NCBI GenBank assembly: GCA_031414955.1
Contig: JANOQV010000259.1
Span: 1-23,198, forward strand
Reading direction: 5' to 3'
Length of the DNA: 23,198 nucleotides
Source: Pedosphaera sp.
GTDB taxonomy: Bacteria > Verrucomicrobiota > Verrucomicrobiia > Limisphaerales > SIBH01
Shown here: one piece after another, positions 20,754 through 23,198 of the stretch
Position numbering within the stretch: the first letter of the stretch is position 1
Layout of the letters: each line of letters starts with the position of its first letter
The notes under the pieces: generated by a model
What the model saw: only the letters and a program-made list of their open reading frames with translations
The model's database searches: none
Told to the model about the DNA's origin: nothing
Made by a program: the position numbers and the translations under genes

Positions 20754-22403
20754 CTATGGATGCGCCGATCGGTAGAAGGCCGAATTGGTCGCCGGATTGG
20801 GATCGGTGAACTGGAAAAGGCTGGCCGAGGCGTTGGTCGTCCACACCGTCACCCAAGTCACCGGCGGCACGAGGTTCGTGGATCGTTCCACCCGATAAGT
20901 GAAGCCCGGTGTGGCTGAGAAGGTAATCGTTGGGATGTTGCCATTGGCGGTGATGGACACGATGGAGTTGGTGCCGGCGGACACATTCGTCACCGTGAGC
21001 GTGGCGATGCTGCTGGTGATGGACCCGTAAGCGTTGGTCAGCACCACGAAGTAATTCCCCGCGTTGGCGAGAGTGACGTTGAACAGGCTCAACACGGAGA
21101 GGTTCTGCCCAGGCATCAGGTTGCCGGTGAAATACCATTGATAGTAGCTAGCCCCGCAACCATTGACCGTGACGCTGAAGAAGGTGTCGTCGCCCACGTT
21201 CACGCCGTGGCTCACGGGCTGGGAGACGATGCCGGGCGCGCAGTTGCTGGGCGAAGTCACCAGCCCGCTCCAGACAAACACGTCGTCCTCGTAAGTGAGA
21301 TCGCCGTTCACCAGATCGGAAGCACCACTGGCAAAAGCCACACCGCTGCCGTCGCTGCTGATCATCGCGGTGTAACTGCCGTTGTTGCCACCCCCGGCCG
21401 AGGTGCGGTTGCGGCTGACCAGTTCCGTGGTGCCGGCAAAGAGATCGCGGCGGAAAATGTTAAACTCATCAGAGGAAAAATCCCCGGACGTGAGGTTCTG
21501 CGCATCGCTCTCAAAAGCCACGAAGCGCCCATCCGCGCTGATGGTCGGAGCGTAGGAATCTCCGTCACTGCTGCCGGTGCCGGAGCAGTTCATGCTGACC
21601 AGCGTGGTGGTGCCCGCCACAAGGTCGCGCACGAAAACGTCCGTCAGGCCATTGGTGTCAGCCGCCGTCAGGTCGCTGGCGTCACTTTCGAAGACAACAT
21701 AGCGGCCGTTGGGAGTCATGCTTTGGTTGAGGCGATAGACCTGCAGAAACGAGCCGCCATTGCCGGAGCGGCTGGAGGGCGCGGCGCTGATCAGTTGCAC
21801 GGTGCCAAGCGTCGAGTCGTAGGCGAAGACATCGATGGCGCCGTTGGTGTCACCGGGCACGAGGTTGTCAGCAAAACTTTCAAAAACAATGTAGCGACCG
21901 TTGGCGCTGATGATGGGATCAAACGAACTGCCGTTGCCATTGCCCATGCCGTTCGTGTACCGGCTGCACAGGATGTTGATGCCGGACAGGCGGTCACGGA
22001 CATACACGTCGAGGAAGCCGTTGGTGTCGGTCGGTCCGAGGTTGCTGGCCGCGCTCTCGAAGGCCACGAAGCGCCCGTTGTCGCTCAACGACGCATCAAG
22101 GGACACTCCATTGGGCGCAACACCACCCGCGCCCACGGAAATCATTTCGGGCACGCCGTTGCTGAGGTCGCGCAGGAAAACGTTGAGGTAGCCGCCGGTG
22201 GCATTGGTCGCGAGATTGGAGGCGTAACTCTCGAATGAAACATAGCGACCATCGGGCGTGAGCCGCGCGTCGTCGGAGTAGCTATTGCCACTCCCAACCC
22301 CGGTCAGGTTCACACTCACGAGTCTTGTGGTACCCAGCGATGTGTCGCGGAGGAAAATGTCGCCCGTGAAATTTGGGTCGTTGATATGGCTGATTCCTGT
22401 CAA
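20754..22403 (-). CDS. TolB/PD40-like beta-propeller + immunoglobulin-domain surface protein, probably 5'-truncated
   Basis: Six repeats of [ST]xxGR[YF]VxFESxAxNL...DxN...D[VI]F.RD; Ig domain (IVSQPVS..V..G....FSV...YQWYF...AGNYFVVLTNAYGSITS); C-terminal YRVERSTNL...W...FTD...FYR. It has only a TTG start, no signal peptide, and begins mid-repeat. Confidence 0.8.
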   Translation of the reverse strand: MTGISHINDPNFTGDIFLRDTSLGTTRLVSVNLTGVGSGNSYSDDARLTPDGRYVSFESYASNLATNATGGYLNVFLRDLSNGVPEMISVGAGGVAPNGVSLDASLSDNGRFVAFESAASNLGPTDTNGFLDVYVRDRLSGINILCSRYTNGMGNGNGSSFDPIISANGRYIVFESFADNLVPGDTNGAIDVFAYDSTLGTVQLISAAPSSRSGNGGSFLQVYRLNQSMTPNGRYVVFESDASDLTAADTNGLTDVFVRDLVAGTTTLVSMNCSGTGSSDGDSYAPTISADGRFVAFESDAQNLTSGDFSSDEFNIFRRDLFAGTTELVSRNRTSAGGGNNGSYTAMISSDGSGVAFASGASDLVNGDLTYEDDVFVWSGLVTSPSNCAPGIVSQPVSHGVNVGDDTFFSVTVNGCGASYYQWYFTGNLMPGQNLSVLSLFNVTLANAGNYFVVLTNAYGSITSSIATLTVTNVSAGTNSIVSITANGNIPTITFSATPGFTYRVERSTNLVPPVTWVTVWTTNASASLFQFTDPNPATNSAFYRSAHP

Positions 22404-22544
22404 GCGAGCAGTTCTCCTGCACTCCGGAAAATTTCATTTCTTCCGGCTGCGCGTCACCGCGGCTTTTCTGAGTCAGAGGCAGGAACGCTTTATTCCTGCG
22501 GTTGTCCAATGCTGAGATGCGTGAGTCCTCTCGCGGGTCTCCCC

Positions 22545-23140
22545 GATCTCCTTGCCCCGACGCTCCCGCACCGTCTCGCCCCTCGCGGATGATTCCTCCC
22601 CCGCCCGCGTCGATTTCCCATTCCAACCTGTCATCACCGCCCGTCTTTCCGTCATCCTGCCGGCCGCCGGATTGGATTCTCCGGCCCCGGCTCGATTGGC
22701 CGCCCCGGCGAATTGGATTCCCTCACGAACCCGTGACCCACTCTCATCGCCCCGTCATCAACTTCGCCCGCCGGGTTGATTTCGCCCCCCTCCAGGTTGA
22801 TTTCCCGCCCGCCCAGGTTGAATTCGCCGCCGCCGGAGTCATCACTTCAGGTCGCAGATTGACTTCGTCGGTGTCCCGATTGCATTCGGCCCCGCGCAGA
22901 TGGATTTCGCCCCTCCGGTCAGTCACCAGCTCCGGCTCCAGATTGATTCCGACCCCGTCCGGGGTAATCCTTCCCGTGGCCCGATTGAATTCGCCGGGCC
23001 GGGAGGTCATCATTTGCCCTCGCCGAGTTGATTTCGCCGGTCGCCGGGTTGATTTTTCCAGAATCAGAGTTGATTGGGCCCTCTCCAGAGTTGAATCTTC
23101 CACTCCCAGAGTCGATTTCGGCACAAAACCTGTCGATCAC
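22545..23140. repeat. Degenerate 21-nt tandem repeat array (core GTTGATTTC)
   Basis: TTGATT/TTGAAT/TCGATT-like cores at 22776, 22797, 22818, 22859, 22880, 22901, 22943, 22985, 23028, 23049, 23070, 23091, 23112 and 23133, a 21-nt phase with two 1-nt slips. More degenerate copies extend left to about 22545. Confidence 0.8.
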
Positions 23141-23198
23141 CGTACGGAAATCATTCCGTCAAGGCGTTCTGTTCCTCTTGGATTCCTGCATCTTTTAC

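Noticed and set aside
22545..23140. CRISPR array
   Set aside because: The period is only 21 nt with a degenerate ~9-nt core; there are no identical 23-47 nt repeats with unique spacers and no cas genes in the window.
22282..23140. Short ORFs 22282-22626, 22744-23124 and 22919-23140 as genuine genes
   Set aside because: They are translations of the 21-nt array; none keeps the heptad register over its full length or has a convincing start.

Overview
GC-rich bacterial window. Gene content points to Verrucomicrobiota/PVC (a PSCyt1-DUF1549-DUF1553 cytochrome protein, a CehA/McbA hydrolase, and a secreted protein with a '...STNL...W...FTD...FYR' C-terminus); this assignment is inference. Positions 1-16.9 kb are mostly ordinary genes: PSD1 cytochrome (running off the left edge), Tat-exported Gfo/Idh/MocA, tandem NIPSNAP, SGNH hydrolase, galE, miaE, a lone receiver domain, SDR, TPR protein, YyaL, YugP-type peptidase, an esterase and a CehA/McbA hydrolase. 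The notable part is leuS (17107-20616, 1169 aa), whose single open frame carries several foreign inserts: (1) a ~188-codon insert resembling a PBECR-type RNase/toxin domain, whose 3' end holds a compact RNA structure and a near-consensus antisense sigma70 promoter; (2) an in-frame GTAG-type REP doublet; (3) an in-frame inverted heptamer-repeat hairpin; (4) a codon-atypical patch at the end of CP1. A four-hairpin REP cluster lies upstream of leuS. The right end has an apparently 5'-truncated beta-propeller/Ig gene next to a ~600 bp degenerate 21-nt tandem array. All family calls come from motif recognition by eye; no searches were run.
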